A stretch of 62,000 nt of DNA from Vicugna vicugna (taxonomy: Eukaryota), in NCBI GenBank assembly GCA_013265495.1, contig MU058103.1, positions 310,001 through 372,000 on the forward strand, in the 5' to 3' direction. The number at the start of each line of letters is the position of its first letter. Position 1 is the first letter of the stretch. Made by a program: the position numbers and the translations under genes. Under the pieces are notes generated by a model. It searched no databases, was not told where the DNA came from, and saw nothing but the letters and a program-made list of their open reading frames with translations. Below are positions 1-12,460 of this stretch, in pieces.

Positions 1-1000
1 ACCGTCAATCCAAAGAAACATTCTGAAGGAGCAAGAGAAGGAATGATTTAGATTTAAATATTAAAAATACATGTGAACATTAAAAACTAACCCTGAAATG
101 CTAAAAATGAATTCTGTTAATTTCATGGGTGGTTACTAATTGCCCAGGCAGTGCCATATTATGGGTATTAACATTAAGCCTGCTTTAACATTTTTACTTT
201 CTATCAAAGAATATTTGTAGAAAGACCTTTCTTATACCATATCACCTCTGAAACTTCCAGTTGTGCAGTTTATTATTACATATATAGGCTTGATACCATT
301 AAACATTGCTTTGAAAAAATGAAATACTTTGGTGTGAAAAAGGCAGTATTAAAAATTGGATTTATGATAAGGCTTTTTTTTCCCCTTTCAGATACAAAAC
401 TGAAAATAAATGCTATATGTCTTTGACTTTCTCTTGAGTATTTCCTAGGTATAAATTTGAGTAATTCTAACCTGTATATAGGATCATAGCAATATCACAT
501 TGTGACTTTTTTTCCCCCAATAAATTACTTCTCCATTCTTGAGAAGCAGCTCTCTCCTGCTGATAACTTAGAGAAAACATTAGGTTTATGCATATGACGA
601 AATTTGATTGCAACATTTAGAAATTCTATAGTTAACTAAAGTTAATTTAATATACAGTGGTATTGCTTAATGTATAGTAAGAAAACATGTATATCCTTTG
701 TATTCAATGTAAGATTGATTCTATTTCACTCATGATGTAAGTGATAAACTACTAATTTAACATTACCCTCAAGTTCACTTATAGTTAAGTGCAGTGTGTA
801 AAATTAAACACAGACCTTACCTTCTGTATTCAGAATAATGGACTTATACTCGGCAAAACCTATGCAAGTTGACCTTATAGCCATTGATTGTAGGTCCTTG
901 ACTCACCTTATTCTTACATGCCAAAAGCTATATAGCAGAAATGTCATTGCAAATCTCAAAGTACTATAAAATAAACGTTTAACTGCTGCTGATTTTGAAT
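1..1000 (+). other. Possible end of a terminal exon / AU-rich 3' UTR of an unidentified gene
   Basis: About 1 kb without recognisable repeats. All three frames stop within the first 51 nt (..RQSKETF*, ..PSIQRNILKEQEKE*, ..TVNPKKHSEGAREGMI*). AATAAA at 405-410, 519-524 and 970-975; PUM-type TGTATATA near 473. Repeats start straight afterwards. Gene not recognised. Confidence 0.35.
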
Positions 1001-1094
1001 CAAGGGTATTGCCTACATTTTAAATTATTCTAAGTGTATCTGGGAGTTGTTAAAGTTTGGATGTACTGAGATTCATGTCAGGGGTCATATCTTA

Positions 1095-1555
1095 TTTATC
1101 TGTATTTACTTATTAAAGAGACAGTACTTAAGGCACAGGAACTGCAGCCCAAACTCGACAGGGAAGGAAGTCCTTCCTCTCAAGGTGCTTACTCTCTGAC
1201 ACTCTCCTTGGAAGAAAATGTTCAATGAGGAAAAAACAAAAACAAAAAAACCCAAACACACAGGGACAAGATGCCAGCTAGATAGTGGTGAGCATACCAA
1301 AAGATTAAAATGGTGTCTATCATACAGTTACTGAACATTTGGAGATGGGGATGGAGAGAGAGAGAAGTTCATGGATGGTCAGAAAGGTCGTTCCAAAGAA
1401 ACAACATTTTAGCCGGCACCTGAGTGATAAACAGGAGTCACCCACATCAGGACCCAGGGAGAGAAACTTCTAGCCAAGGAAACACTAAAAAAGATCCTAA
1501 CTCACATGGCATCTTAGAGAAACTGAAAGAAGACTATATGGCTGGAGTTACTGTT
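1095..1555 (-). mobile_element. L2 LINE fragment
   Basis: Diverged L2 3'-region motifs in antisense (gtccttcctctcaaggtgcttactct; gactatatggctggagt). Confidence 0.55.
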
Positions 1556-1844
1556 TGTGGTATCTATATTCCTAGAATAATTGTGTGAGTTGAGAAGTCT
1601 AGAAGTTAACTAAATGTGTTTTTTACCCCTTTTTAACTTGTTGACGTGATATAATATACAGTACAAATTAATTTATGGGCATATGTACAATCAAAAATGA
1701 CTTGTAGTTGTTGAGAATGCATATGTAGCTGAACACAAGTGTAACTGGTAAGTTAAATCAATCATAACTTATATCTGTAAAATGTTTAATATACAATTAC
1801 GCTGTGATCACATAAAGGTCACCTGGTTGCTAAAAGACAATTAT

Positions 1845-1950
1845 CTTCATTTTATAGATGAGGAAACTATAGCCTAAAGTTGAATCATTTGGCTTAAACC
1901 AATCAGCCTGTCTTTGTGGAAGACTGTAGACTTTTAAATCTGTTCTAATC
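1845..1950 (-). mobile_element. MIR SINE fragment
   Basis: MIR core CATTTTATAGATGAGGAAACT. Confidence 0.65.
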
Positions 1951-2764
1951 CAGTTATGCCTCATACAAATTACGTGGCTTTGAACTGTGTATTTTACCTC
2001 TTTCATCTTAATTTATTGAAGTTTCTGTAATATCAAAATAAATGGCACATAGAACTTGTCTTTTATTCATTTCTTGTAATAAACATTATTTTCTCAAAGA
2101 TAATACCATTTAATAATAATAATGGCTAATATTAAATAATACTACTGCCTGCCAGGGAGAATTCTATTCTAAAAATTTTATATCTCTTTATCTATTAATT
2201 CATTTCATTTTTATAATAACTCTATGAGGTAAATACTATTCCTAAAAATAAAATAAAATGACATAATAAAATAAATTGAATTCTGCTCAAACAACATGCA
2301 TTGCAATAATGTTCTGCCACAATTCACTATAAGATGTGTAGGAATCTGTAAAAATTACTTCCTGCTACTATAACTCCTTGTCCCTGAATTGTGTTTTCCC
2401 CCATCTCTGTGGTGAAGCTCTCAGCACAGCAGTTAGCAAAGCCTTCTTCCCTGCCCTGCAACTCTTGTCAATTCTGCTTCTCAGTCATTGCTCTGGTCTC
2501 CTGCCGCTGTCTAGATCAGATTCATATTCTGTGCCCTTAACATCAAAGACATAACAGAAAATACTCTTACATTTTTCTTTTGTCTTACAGTTTGTCTTTC
2601 CTTATGACCAATACCTTTTTCAAAGTTTGCCAGATCTTCAAGTGAATAAAAGTAGTCATTCTTTCTATAGCGTATTTTAGGGACCTCTATTAAAATGATG
2701 TTCCAACTTTGCAATGGGGGCTACATTCTAAAGTTGGAATTAGAATGTAGTTTTGCATTGAAAT

Positions 2765-2915
2765 GGTGGCTCCTGGAAAAGCAGCCTGGGCATCACCTGG
2801 GAGCTTGTTAGAAATGCAGAAATTCAGGCCCTACCCTAGGCTTACTGAATCTGAATTTGCATTTTAACAAGAACCCCCAGTGAGCCTATTCATATTAAAG
2901 ATTGAGAAGTACCAG
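2765..2915. mobile_element. MER5-type hAT-Charlie MITE
   Basis: GCATCACCTGGGAGCTTGTTAGAAATGCAGA...ACTGAATCTGAATTTGCATTTTAACAAG, typical of MER5A/B. Confidence 0.8.
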
Positions 2916-3029
2916 TGGAGAGATCTGCAAAGATAAAATTTTGGACTCAATCACACAGACAGTGGGGTGTCAGGAAAAGCCTGGAAAGGAGTGAATTCTG
3001 CCAACACAGCAGGAGATGCCCATAATCCA

Positions 3030-3285
3030 CATTTATTAAGGGCCTGTCTTGCTTGGATACTTGTCTAATTTTTTACATGTATTAATTCATTTTATTCTGA
3101 CCACAATCCGACAAGGTATTTGATATTATTACCACCTTTTTGATAACAAAGATGAAAAAGCTGAGACCCCGGAAGGTGAAGAGACTTCCCTGAGGTCACA
3201 CAATAGATAGATAATAGCCTTGGATTCAAAACCAGGCAGGTTGGCTCCAAGCCCAAGTTCTTAATTATTATCCTGTGCTGCCTCT
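3030..3285 (-). mobile_element. MIR SINE (near full length)
   Basis: catttattaag...GATGAAAAAGCTGAGAC...ACTTCCCTGAGGTCACAC...GGATTCAAAACCAGGCAGGTTGGCTCCAAG. Confidence 0.8.
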
Positions 3286-3949
3286 TTTTGAATAGCCTAT
3301 TTCACCTTCATTTACTGGCACTGTTCCTGGCCCTTCACCGACAAGCATTCAATAATTGAAAATGAATGAGGCCCTGAATTCAGGCAAATGAACGCGTACT
3401 CTTCACTGCCATAGGTAAACCTCACTACTTCTCCACTATCATCTGTGAAGAAGCCACCTGAATGATAAGAAATCAACAAACTTATGAATGCCTCTATTTT
3501 CTTTTTATTTATTTTTTTACTATCCCATTCCTCACAACCTTTTTCCATCCCGAAACAGGCAGCCTATAGTTCTCTTGAAGATACTGCCTGTATCTTCAGC
3601 AAACACTATGTGAATTGAATGAATGAATACTAGAGACACAGCTCTATACTGGATATTTTAGATTTGTTATTTGATATAATACATACTGAGAGAGGCATAT
3701 TATCTCCATGTGCAGACAGTGAGGTTGAATTCAGAAAGGTTAAGTAAAATCAGACAGGCGTAGAGAGTCATACTTTAATTCCAATTCTTTCTGATTCTAG
3801 AAATAGAGTTCTTTCAAGTGTCCAATATTGACAACTATGCCTTTCCTTTCTAGTTGATGGAAGAAATCTTGAAATCCATATTTCTGAGAGATTGTGGTTT
3901 TTTGTTTGTTTGGTGTTGTTTTTGAATTTTTGCTTACCTCAGTCTACTG

Positions 3950-4556
3950 CACTGACAGTTCTTAAAATTTAAGCAGTAAGAATAACCTGAAAGATGTCTG
4001 TTTAAAGAAGTTGTGGTATATATATATACAATAGGATACTACTCAGCCATACAAAAAGAATAAAATAATGTCATTTGCAGCAATATGGATGGAGATCGTC
4101 ACACTAAATGAAGTAAGCCAGAAAGAGAAAGAAAAATACCAGATAATACCACTTAAATATGGAATCTAAAAAAAAAAAAGACAAAAATGAAGTTATTTAT
4201 AAAACAGAAACAGACTCACATAGAAAACAAACTTACAGTTACCAGGGAGGAAAGGAAGTGGGATGGAATAAATTGGGAGTTTGAGATTTGCATATACTAA
4301 CTACTGTATATAAAATAGATAACAAGTTTATACTGTATAGCACAGGGAACTATATTCAGTATCTAATAGCTTATAATGAAAAAGAATGTGAAAAGGAATA
4401 TACGTGTGACTGAAACATTATGCTGTACACCAGAAATTGACACAACATTGTAAACTGACTATACTTCAATTTGAAAAAAAGCATAACATGAGAGACTTGT
4501 TAATACACTGTTTACCCACGCTGCTGGCCTGGGGACCACCCTTTGAAAACTGCTGC
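3950..4556. mobile_element. MER5-like MITE split by an L1 insertion
   Basis: Left arm cagttcttaaaattt..aataacctg and right arm gagacttgttaa..ctggggaccaccctttgaaaactgctg flank the L1 at ~3994-4480. Confidence 0.5.
3994..4480 (+). mobile_element. 5'-truncated young L1 (ORF2 end, 3' UTR, A tail)
   Basis: AAAGAAGTTGTGGTATATATATATACAATAGGATACTACTCAGCCAT...GCACAGGGAACTATATTCA...ACTGACTATACTTCAATT + A run; degenerate TSD aagaataacctgaaaga / aagcataacatgagaga. Confidence 0.9.
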
Positions 4557-5767
4557 AAGCAATGAACCTTCCTAACTCTTCAGATGTCCTTAGGTATTTT
4601 TCATACCCACTCTGTCTGAAATAGATTCCAAAGCTGTGTCCACAGTTGAAGCACTAGACAACAGTGGATCTGAATCCATGTTTGACACAGGCATACAGTG
4701 GTCAGTGGTTGGACAGGGATACAGGAAGTGCTGTAGAATACATACACGAGGGGACTGAGTTCTAAAAACATGCCTTCTGCCATTTTTATTAAACTGTCCT
4801 ACTTGTAGAAGCAAGTAGACTTAGCATTGACAAAATTCTGCATAACTGAATTCACACGCTTTTTACAGTTCTGTCAGGTTTCTAGCTCTTGATAGTTTCC
4901 TCTTCTGGGATGTTTTAGCGTTAAATTGTGATCTGCATTTTGCTTAGGGGGAAAACAGTGAAAAACTATCTATTGCTCTGTACTTTGATTGCTAATCAGC
5001 ATGGCATCTCTCTCACGGTGTATACAGGTGAAACAGAGTCAGGATTAGTACTGACTGAATAAGCATCTGGCTACTAAGACAAGGAACTCATCTGTCTAGG
5101 TTTAGGGGAGCCACAGGCGGCATTTTTGCCCTCATCTATCCACCAACACATCCCATGCTGTGATGGAGGGGCTGTGTATGTGTGGCTTTATAAAATGACT
5201 TCCCCAATTCCAGGTGCCAAGAAAAAGTTTGGTAAAATTCCTCAGAGTGTTTACTAGTTGTAGAAAAGTAAAATCCCTCCACAAGAAGTAACCCTTAACA
5301 TTCTTTATATAAATTACCACAAGTTTTCTGCTGTGAAAGGAAGAAAATCATTTTATAATCCCAACACAATCAGCCACTTTGTCTCTTGTCAGATAATAAT
5401 AGTATCAGTTACATGATTGAACAAAACAAATTCCTGTGCTTATGATAGATGATCTTTGTCTTATTTTATGTGATACCCAAATCCTTTAAAGTGGGTATTG
5501 TTTTCTTTATTTTAAATGAAAGGTGATAGTTGGTCTCCAAAATATTAAATAGGTTAATCAGTTTTCACAATTAATAAATGGTTTGTCTAATTTCCAAGCT
5601 CAGACAATTTTCATTTCAAATAACTTTCTCTTCACCAAAGGATGTTACTTTGAAAACCAGTGCCACTACTTTTTTGGAGATCTCTTTAGCTTTTGGAAAT
5701 TCACAGGTATATTAGATTATAAAAAATATTTTTCTAACCTTAGAATGCATTTAACAAATGTTATTAC

Positions 5768-6870
5768 TGTAGTGATGTCTTGTATAAAAAGAAAAATATC
5801 ACCAAACTTAGTAGCTTAAAAAAAACAACAGCCATTTATTATCTCTCGTGACACAGGTTGACTGGACTCAGCTGGGAAGTTCCGTTTTATGTGTTGTTGG
5901 CTGGAACTGCAGTCACCTGGGAGACTCCGATGGCTGGAAGCTCCAAGACAGCTCTCTGACAGGGCTGACGATTGGTGCTGGTGTGCACTTCGTGCTCCTC
6001 CACGTGACCTCCCTACAAGGTCGAGTGTTTTAGATCCTGGAAGCCGACCACGGAAGAGGGAGTGAAAAGGTAAGCTGCCCACTTCTAAAAAGCCCATTTA
6101 AAGTCACTCTAAAGAGTTACACAGAGTCACTTTTGTCTCATTCTGCCTATCACAGCAAGTCACAGCCCAGTCTAGCTTTAAAAGGTAGAATGGCAACAAA
6201 TTTGGTCCAAATATAGTCCATTGCAGTCTGCCCTCTGGTCATAAAATAGTCGCATCTTTCCAGAAATATAAAATACGTTAACCCGCTCTTTCAAGACCAT
6301 CAAAAGTCTTCTCTCATTATAGCATCACGTTCAGGCTTAAAGTACAAGATTTCGGTATCCAAATCGTGTCCAGGCTCCATGTGGTTGATTTCACAGGGTT
6401 TTGTTTTGTTTGTTTTTCATGTTTGTTTTTCATTTTTGTTTTTTATCAAATGCAGAGATTTGTAGTCTATAAAAACGAGTTATTTGCTCCAATAAACAAA
6501 AATCAGTTGGGAGATAGTGATGGAATAACCCCAGTAGACATTTTCAATCAAAAAGGGATAGAAAAAGCACATACCCCAAATCTTACTGTTTCTGTGGCAG
6601 GGAACCTATGTTTATTAGGAACCCAGTTTGCCCCTCATATGGTTCTCTGGGGCTCTTAGTTCCACCCTGTTAGTCGTGCTCCCTTTTCTATAAAGATTAG
6701 TCCATATTTGTAGCTAAGAAGTGGTGTTAGCTGTTCTCTGCCTATAGAAATATTTAAACCTCAAGTCATCTTCTCCTTTTGAATTGTTTTTTTTTTCCCC
6801 TTTAAATTCAAGCCAGTTTGCGTCCACTAACATGCTGTCCTAACAACTTTGTATATCTTCCATGAGTGAG
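5768..6870 (-). mobile_element. MaLR MLT1-type LTR (~5768-6225) plus adjoining internal sequence
   Basis: ACTTAGTAGCTTAAAA..CAACAGCCATTTATTATCTCTC..GGTTGACTGGACTCAGCTGGG; the LTR/internal junction agtctgccctctggtcat recurs in the MaLR at ~60312. Confidence 0.7.
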
Positions 6871-7578
6871 TCATAAATTAAGAAGGAATGACTAATTCTT
6901 GCTTACATTTCTAGAGAGGAAGGAATAAAACTAACTTAATTCTCATGGTATGACAGTCACTGTGCCAAGCAATTAACACACATTTTGTGTAATTCTGACA
7001 ACAGCCATTCAGGTTGCATGTCCACATGTTTATGAATGAGAAAATCAAAATGTGGAAAAGATAATCGTTCATTTTCATGTATCTTATAAGTAGCACATGC
7101 AAGATTGAAAACCAAATATGTCTAGACCCAAATTCTAAACATTTTCTACTATATTGTCTAATTTTAGCATTTTCTTGCTTACTTATTTATTTGTTTATTT
7201 ATAAGCTGTTTGAAAATAAAGTTGAGGCAGCAGAGCAGCTGCAGAATGGATATTTTTATTTCCATGTCATTTAGGCAATTTTTACTTAGCAAGCCCTTTC
7301 CTAAAATTTAAATTTAAAATGGTCAAATTATTTTAAATTTGATAAACACAAAAACATTCAGGAATACAGTTATTGGGGAAAATGATGAACACCCTTGTTA
7401 CCAGTTCAGAATCATTGCCAACTTGACTGTGTAATCCTGATAAGATATGTAAGTTTAGTTAAAAATTAGCAAATGACATGAAACATATTTTTTAATGAAA
7501 TACTGTCATAAGAATAAAGACTTTTATGGTTATATAATTCATTAGGGTGACATCTCAAACAACCTAATTGATTTCTTT

Positions 7579-7733
7579 TTTAAAATTATTTTCCCAGTTG
7601 TATTGAGATGTAATTGACATATAACATTGTGTAAGTTTAATATGTACAATGTATTGATTTGATATACATTGCAAAATGATTCTGACTGTAGGGTTAGCTA
7701 ACACCTCCATCAAGTCACATAATTACCATTTCT
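7579..7733 (-). mobile_element. Short L1 3' end (L1MA-type) with perfect 14-bp TSD
   Basis: ttgtattgagatgtaattgacatataacattgtgtaagttt...; TSD TAATTGATTTCTTT at 7565-7578 and 7734-7747. Confidence 0.85.
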
Positions 7734-8249
7734 TAATTGATTTCTTTAGTGCAATGATCCTTAGATGCCACTAGTTTTCATTTTCTTTAAGGGGATAATA
7801 TGTAGTACTTAGATGTATATTTGATTTTGGAAATTTTTGTAAGCAGGCTTATATGATGAGTAAGAACTTGGTATACATTTTTAGAAATCATGCCTTAGAA
7901 AAACCTAGAGCATTGTGTAAACAAAATTTTTGAAGAATGTAACTAATTGCTATGTTTTCATACCTTAGCTTATGTTATTCCTGGAAATATAAACTCATTC
8001 ATTTTATTGCATGTGCTTTAGCTATGATAAGTTGATACCTGAATATATGTTTTGTTTTGTTTTAGTTATATTAAACTTTAATGAAATTTCGATTGTTTTG
8101 GTAGACAATATAAGTTTCAACATTCAAAACCAGGGCTGTTACTGAGTTTACACTCTCCACTGTAGTCATATGGGTTGTTTATGGTCAGAATCTAATCCGA
8201 TTTTCCATGCACCAGTACCTCGGTTCATGTTCCTATGTGATAGTGCTGT

Positions 8250-9010
8250 ATTAGTTGATAGATATTTAAATATCATTTGGATTAAAATAAGACAATTATT
8301 ATTAACTGACATGTGTTCCATCACCTCTGTCCTGCTTACTAATGCTCTTCTCAGTCTTTATAATCATTTTGATTTTTTTTCTTGTATGTTCTCCAATGTT
8401 TCCTTAAATAGATACAAGTAAATATGAGTATATATTAGTATTGTCGACCCTTTTAATTATAAAAGGTAGCACATTCTATGTCCCATACTATAATTTTCTT
8501 TGTTTACTTGACAATTTATCCTAGAGTTTTGAGTCTACCTCCCATATCAGTATTAGAGGGATTCTTAATTTTTTATGATAAATCCAGTATGACATTGTAT
8601 GCATACCCCTTGGTTTATTTAACTAGTTCTCTATTAATGAACACTTGTTTGGTGCTTAATATTTTGTTATTTGAAAACAATGCTGCAATACATACTTTGT
8701 ACATCTGTCATATGTGTGGGGGTATTTTTTAAGATACCAAGAAATGGACTTGCTAGGTCAAATATTAGAAGCATTTGTGATTTTGGCAGATATTTACAAA
8801 TTGCCTTTTATATGTTTCATTATTTTGAACTCACATCAACAATATATGAAGAGCCAGTATTTTCAGTTTATGGAGTGTTTAGTCACAGTTAGATTTTGGC
8901 CACCATGATGGGTGATAAATGTTTTCTTAGTGACAGTACTTAGGATTTCTCTCAAAATAAGTGAAGTGAGGTTTTTTTTTTTTAGTATGCTTAAAGAGTG
9001 TTGTATTTCC
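8250..9010 (-). mobile_element. Old L1 (L1ME-like) 3' region
   Basis: Degenerate aacaatgctgcaatacata..taccaagaaatggacttgctaggtcaa..cacatcaacaatatatga. Confidence 0.65.
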
Positions 9011-9199
9011 TCTCTTTCTCAAGGTCTATTATTTATATGAGCTGTTCTTAAGGAAATTACTTAAATTCCACTCAACAACAAAAATAGGAAATCTTTAGGA
9101 AAAAACAACTCTGTAAAAGATTTTATAATATACTAATAAGTGTGTTATAATAAAAATAATAATATACATATAATTTAGCAAAGAGAAATTTTATCATTT

Positions 9200-10030
9200 A
9201 TAGTAAAAAATTAAATGTAAATGCAAAAGAACAAGCAGACTGGATCAAAAAAACAAAACCCGAATAAATACTGTATCAAGGAGATACAGTTGAAACAAAA
9301 TGATTCAGAAAGGTTGGAAATACAAATGATTAAGGAAAATTGTTTATGATTTACTTATGCCTATAAAATAAACATATATCAGAGATTTTCTTTAACTCAT
9401 TAACTAATCAGGGAACCAATAGGATAATATAATCTCTTCAGAGTAGATTTCAAAAAGTACACACACACATAGGCAATCAGGAATACGAGATGTATTTATA
9501 CAGAGATTCAAAGCTGGTCAGTATCTACAAGAAAAGAATTCATTATATTTTCACTGAACATGATGTTTTTGCTTTCTATGTACAAGAATCATTTGCATTG
9601 TGATTTTTTTTTAATTATAGAGTAAAATGGCTCAGAGGCAATGAAAGGCATGAATAACTGGGAAGAATGTACTAGACAGGACATCCAGTAATATTTTGCC
9701 TATTTTTCCAGAAAAAAAAGTATTAAAAATTATATGGTAGACAAATACAAACAAAAAGAGTAAAGGTGGGGATTGTAATCTTAATTATTAGACAGGTTAG
9801 GTCAAGAATATAAAAAGTATTTAAGGGGGAAATAAGGATATTTTACAGTCCTAAAGGGCACATCACAAGTAGTGATGAATGTATAATAGTCACAGATTTC
9901 TATGTAACAAAGTATCATAGCAACAGTTTTCAGAAAATGGGAAACATAGGAGATACAAAGCAAAATAGACAAAACATCCTAATATTAGAAGACTTAATTT
10001 ACCTCTCTCAGTTTAGGTCAGATCAGGATG
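9200..10030 (+). mobile_element. Old L1 ORF2 endonuclease-region remnant, interrupted by an unclassified ~0.4-kb insert (~9330-9715)
   Basis: ttaaatgtaaatg..cagactggatcaaaaaaacaaaacccga..ctgtatcaaggagataca; resumes with caaatacaaacaaaaaga..gacttaatttacctctctcag. Confidence 0.55.
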
Positions 10031-10774
10031 TTTGGTTTTGCTTCTTTGTAGCAGAGATTTCCAACACATCATGGTTTACTTAATGTTTTCTAGATGCTTC
10101 AGCCCCAGTATCCATCACCAATTCATCATCATCCCTGTTGACTCATGTCCCTGTTAAGAAAAACATATCAGCTTTTCTTTGTAAGAAAGTCTAATAGAAA
10201 CAAAGCATGAAAGAGAGAATAACATCTTTTGGAGTACCCCTTCTTACAAAATCATAGAATTAAAAGAGGACATTGAAAGAGAGAGCTTCAGAAATAATTC
10301 TGAAGACATTTGAGCACCAACTATTTTATATTATCATTCAATTCTACTTTCTCCAGTTATTATTTTTCATCATCAATGTAGTAGAGGACTCTTGGGGTTT
10401 TTTTTAATGCAACGAAGTCTTCAGAACAAGGAAGAAAGGGAAATGTATGTGTCAATAGATCACTTCCTATATGTCTTTCTTCCTTTCATCTTGTTCTGCA
10501 AGCTAGCAAGTAGGGCTGCTCTTTGTAATTCTTTTGGTGCCAGCAATTATCCACATTACGTATAGCCAACTGTTCTTTGGTAGCAAAATACTATTAACAT
10601 ATTAACAGTAAATCTATTATTCAGTTATTTTTGTAATAGGCTTCCTTTGGAGCTAGAGCTTCTAGCCAAGTTTCTGATTGCTGAGTCACAGATATGCAAT
10701 TTTTGTGAATGGGCCTTGGGCTGGTATATTGAATAAAACATTTGTATGAAAACTATCAATGGGGCATATATAGA

Positions 10775-10930
10775 AGAACATTTTTCAAAGTTTGGGCCTC
10801 CTGCTTTAGAATCACTAGGGTAGGTGTTAAAATACATATTTAAAGGAATTTAAATTCTGTTGGTAGCCCAAACTCTAATTTTAGCAAACTTCTCAGGTGT
10901 TCTTGCTTTCATACTCTAGTTTGAGAACAG
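10775..10930. mobile_element. MER5B-like MITE
   Basis: tttttcaaagtttgg..ttagaatcactaggg..tgttaaaataca..ctagtttgagaac. Confidence 0.5.
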
Positions 10931-10934
10931 TTAA

Positions 10935-11349
10935 TGTAGAAATGTGTATCCCCTTCTGTGGGAAATTGCATGCCTGACCATGATTCTCCCTCCCTCCCTG
11001 TATCTATGCCATTTGGTAAGTGATTTTGCAGTGCCCTCAGCTTTGCATGTAGTATAACGTCTCATCCTGTGATGTTCTTTAGTCAATGAGATGTTAGAAA
11101 TATGGTACAGACAAAGCACTTGTGAACTTGAGTTTGCTCACACATGTGCCTCTGCTGTCTCCAGACATACCTGTGCTAGCCTGCTCCTTCCAGAAGGAGG
11201 ATAAGACACTTGTGGAGGGCAGTTGCCATGGTCAGAGCAGCTGACAGCAGGCGCTCTACAGATCTCTAAAGATAAATGATTCTTGTTTTAAGCCACTGAG
11301 TTTTGGAGGGATGTGTTATACGGCATTTGTGGACATAGCTAACTGACAT
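10935..11349 (+). mobile_element. MaLR MLT1-type solo LTR
   Basis: 3' end ATAAATGATTCTTGTTTTAAGCCACTGAGTTTTGG..GTTAT..ATAGCTAACTGACA. Confidence 0.75.
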
Positions 11350-11429
11350 ATTTACATTATATCAAAAGTGGAAAGAAAATAAAAATTGGTGAGCACACAG
11401 TAGAGTTTAAAATAGAAGATCAAACACTG

Positions 11430-11600
11430 TCTCCAGTATCAGATGCCCCAGGGTTCCCATCTCACTCTGCCACTACTTTGTTGTCTGACAAGTGTCTGAC
11501 ATTTCTAAGGCTCAATTTCATTGAATATTAATTTATTATAATAACAGTTCCTTTGCAGGATTTTTATAAATATTAGATACAGCAATGCAAAGTGCATCTT
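11430..11600 (+). mobile_element. MIR fragment
   Basis: cccagggttcccatctcactctgccactact..ggctcaatttc. Confidence 0.55.
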
Positions 11601-12269
11601 GCATTATTCCCATCTGTTTCTCTTCTCCATAATGTGGTTACTCCCTGATATGAAGAGAGACACAAAGAGTTGGTCTTGCTTGGTCATTTTTCTACTAATA
11701 ATCTCCTAGAGGAAAACGAGAAAATCACCTTGAAAAAGAACCTGAGATGCTTGTAGAATTTTATTTTTTTAAAGATGGTGAGACAATGGCAGGAATGTTA
11801 ATTAGTTTTAGCACTTAATGTATAACTGGGTCCAGGATAATTTTTTAACCCTTATTTAACTAGTATTTAGTAAGAACGTGCTTCCTACTTTCCTTAAGCC
11901 TATAAAATACCTTCATTAATCATTTGTATAATATCAAGCCTGGGCTGCTGAGCATATAACGGCCATATGTCCCCACATTGATTAGAGAGTCTTTATGTTG
12001 TATAATTTACTTTCAAAATATGTAAATCTCTAAGTATATAATTAAATATGATTTACATTTTACACTCAGTAGGATTTTTCATTAATATTAATTAGAAATC
12101 ATGAGTGGAGGAAAGGCTTTTTCCACAACTTTCTCTGGAAAATGTTATCATACAAAAAGGATTCTTTAGTTTCAGCAAAATCAGACTGAAATTTCACTAT
12201 GAAGTATATGTCAGTTGCCAACAGTGTTATAACCATGTATTGATGCAAGAGAGAGAGGGAGAAATAGTG

Positions 12270-12460
12270 GAAAATAGGGACTTTGAAAGCAATAGAACAA
12301 GATTTAAATTTTGGTTTAACCTCTTATTATTGTGTAATTATAGACTTTGGTTTTCCTATTAACAAGATTTGGATACTCATAATTACATCACAGGATTGGT
12401 GATTTGAGATAATATATGTAAGGCTTAGCACTTATAAGTGATCCATAAATTAGTGTTGTT
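12270..12460 (+). mobile_element. MIR fragment
   Basis: ggactttgaa..gatttaaatttt..catcacaggattggtgatttgagataatatatgtaaggcttagcac. Confidence 0.55.
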
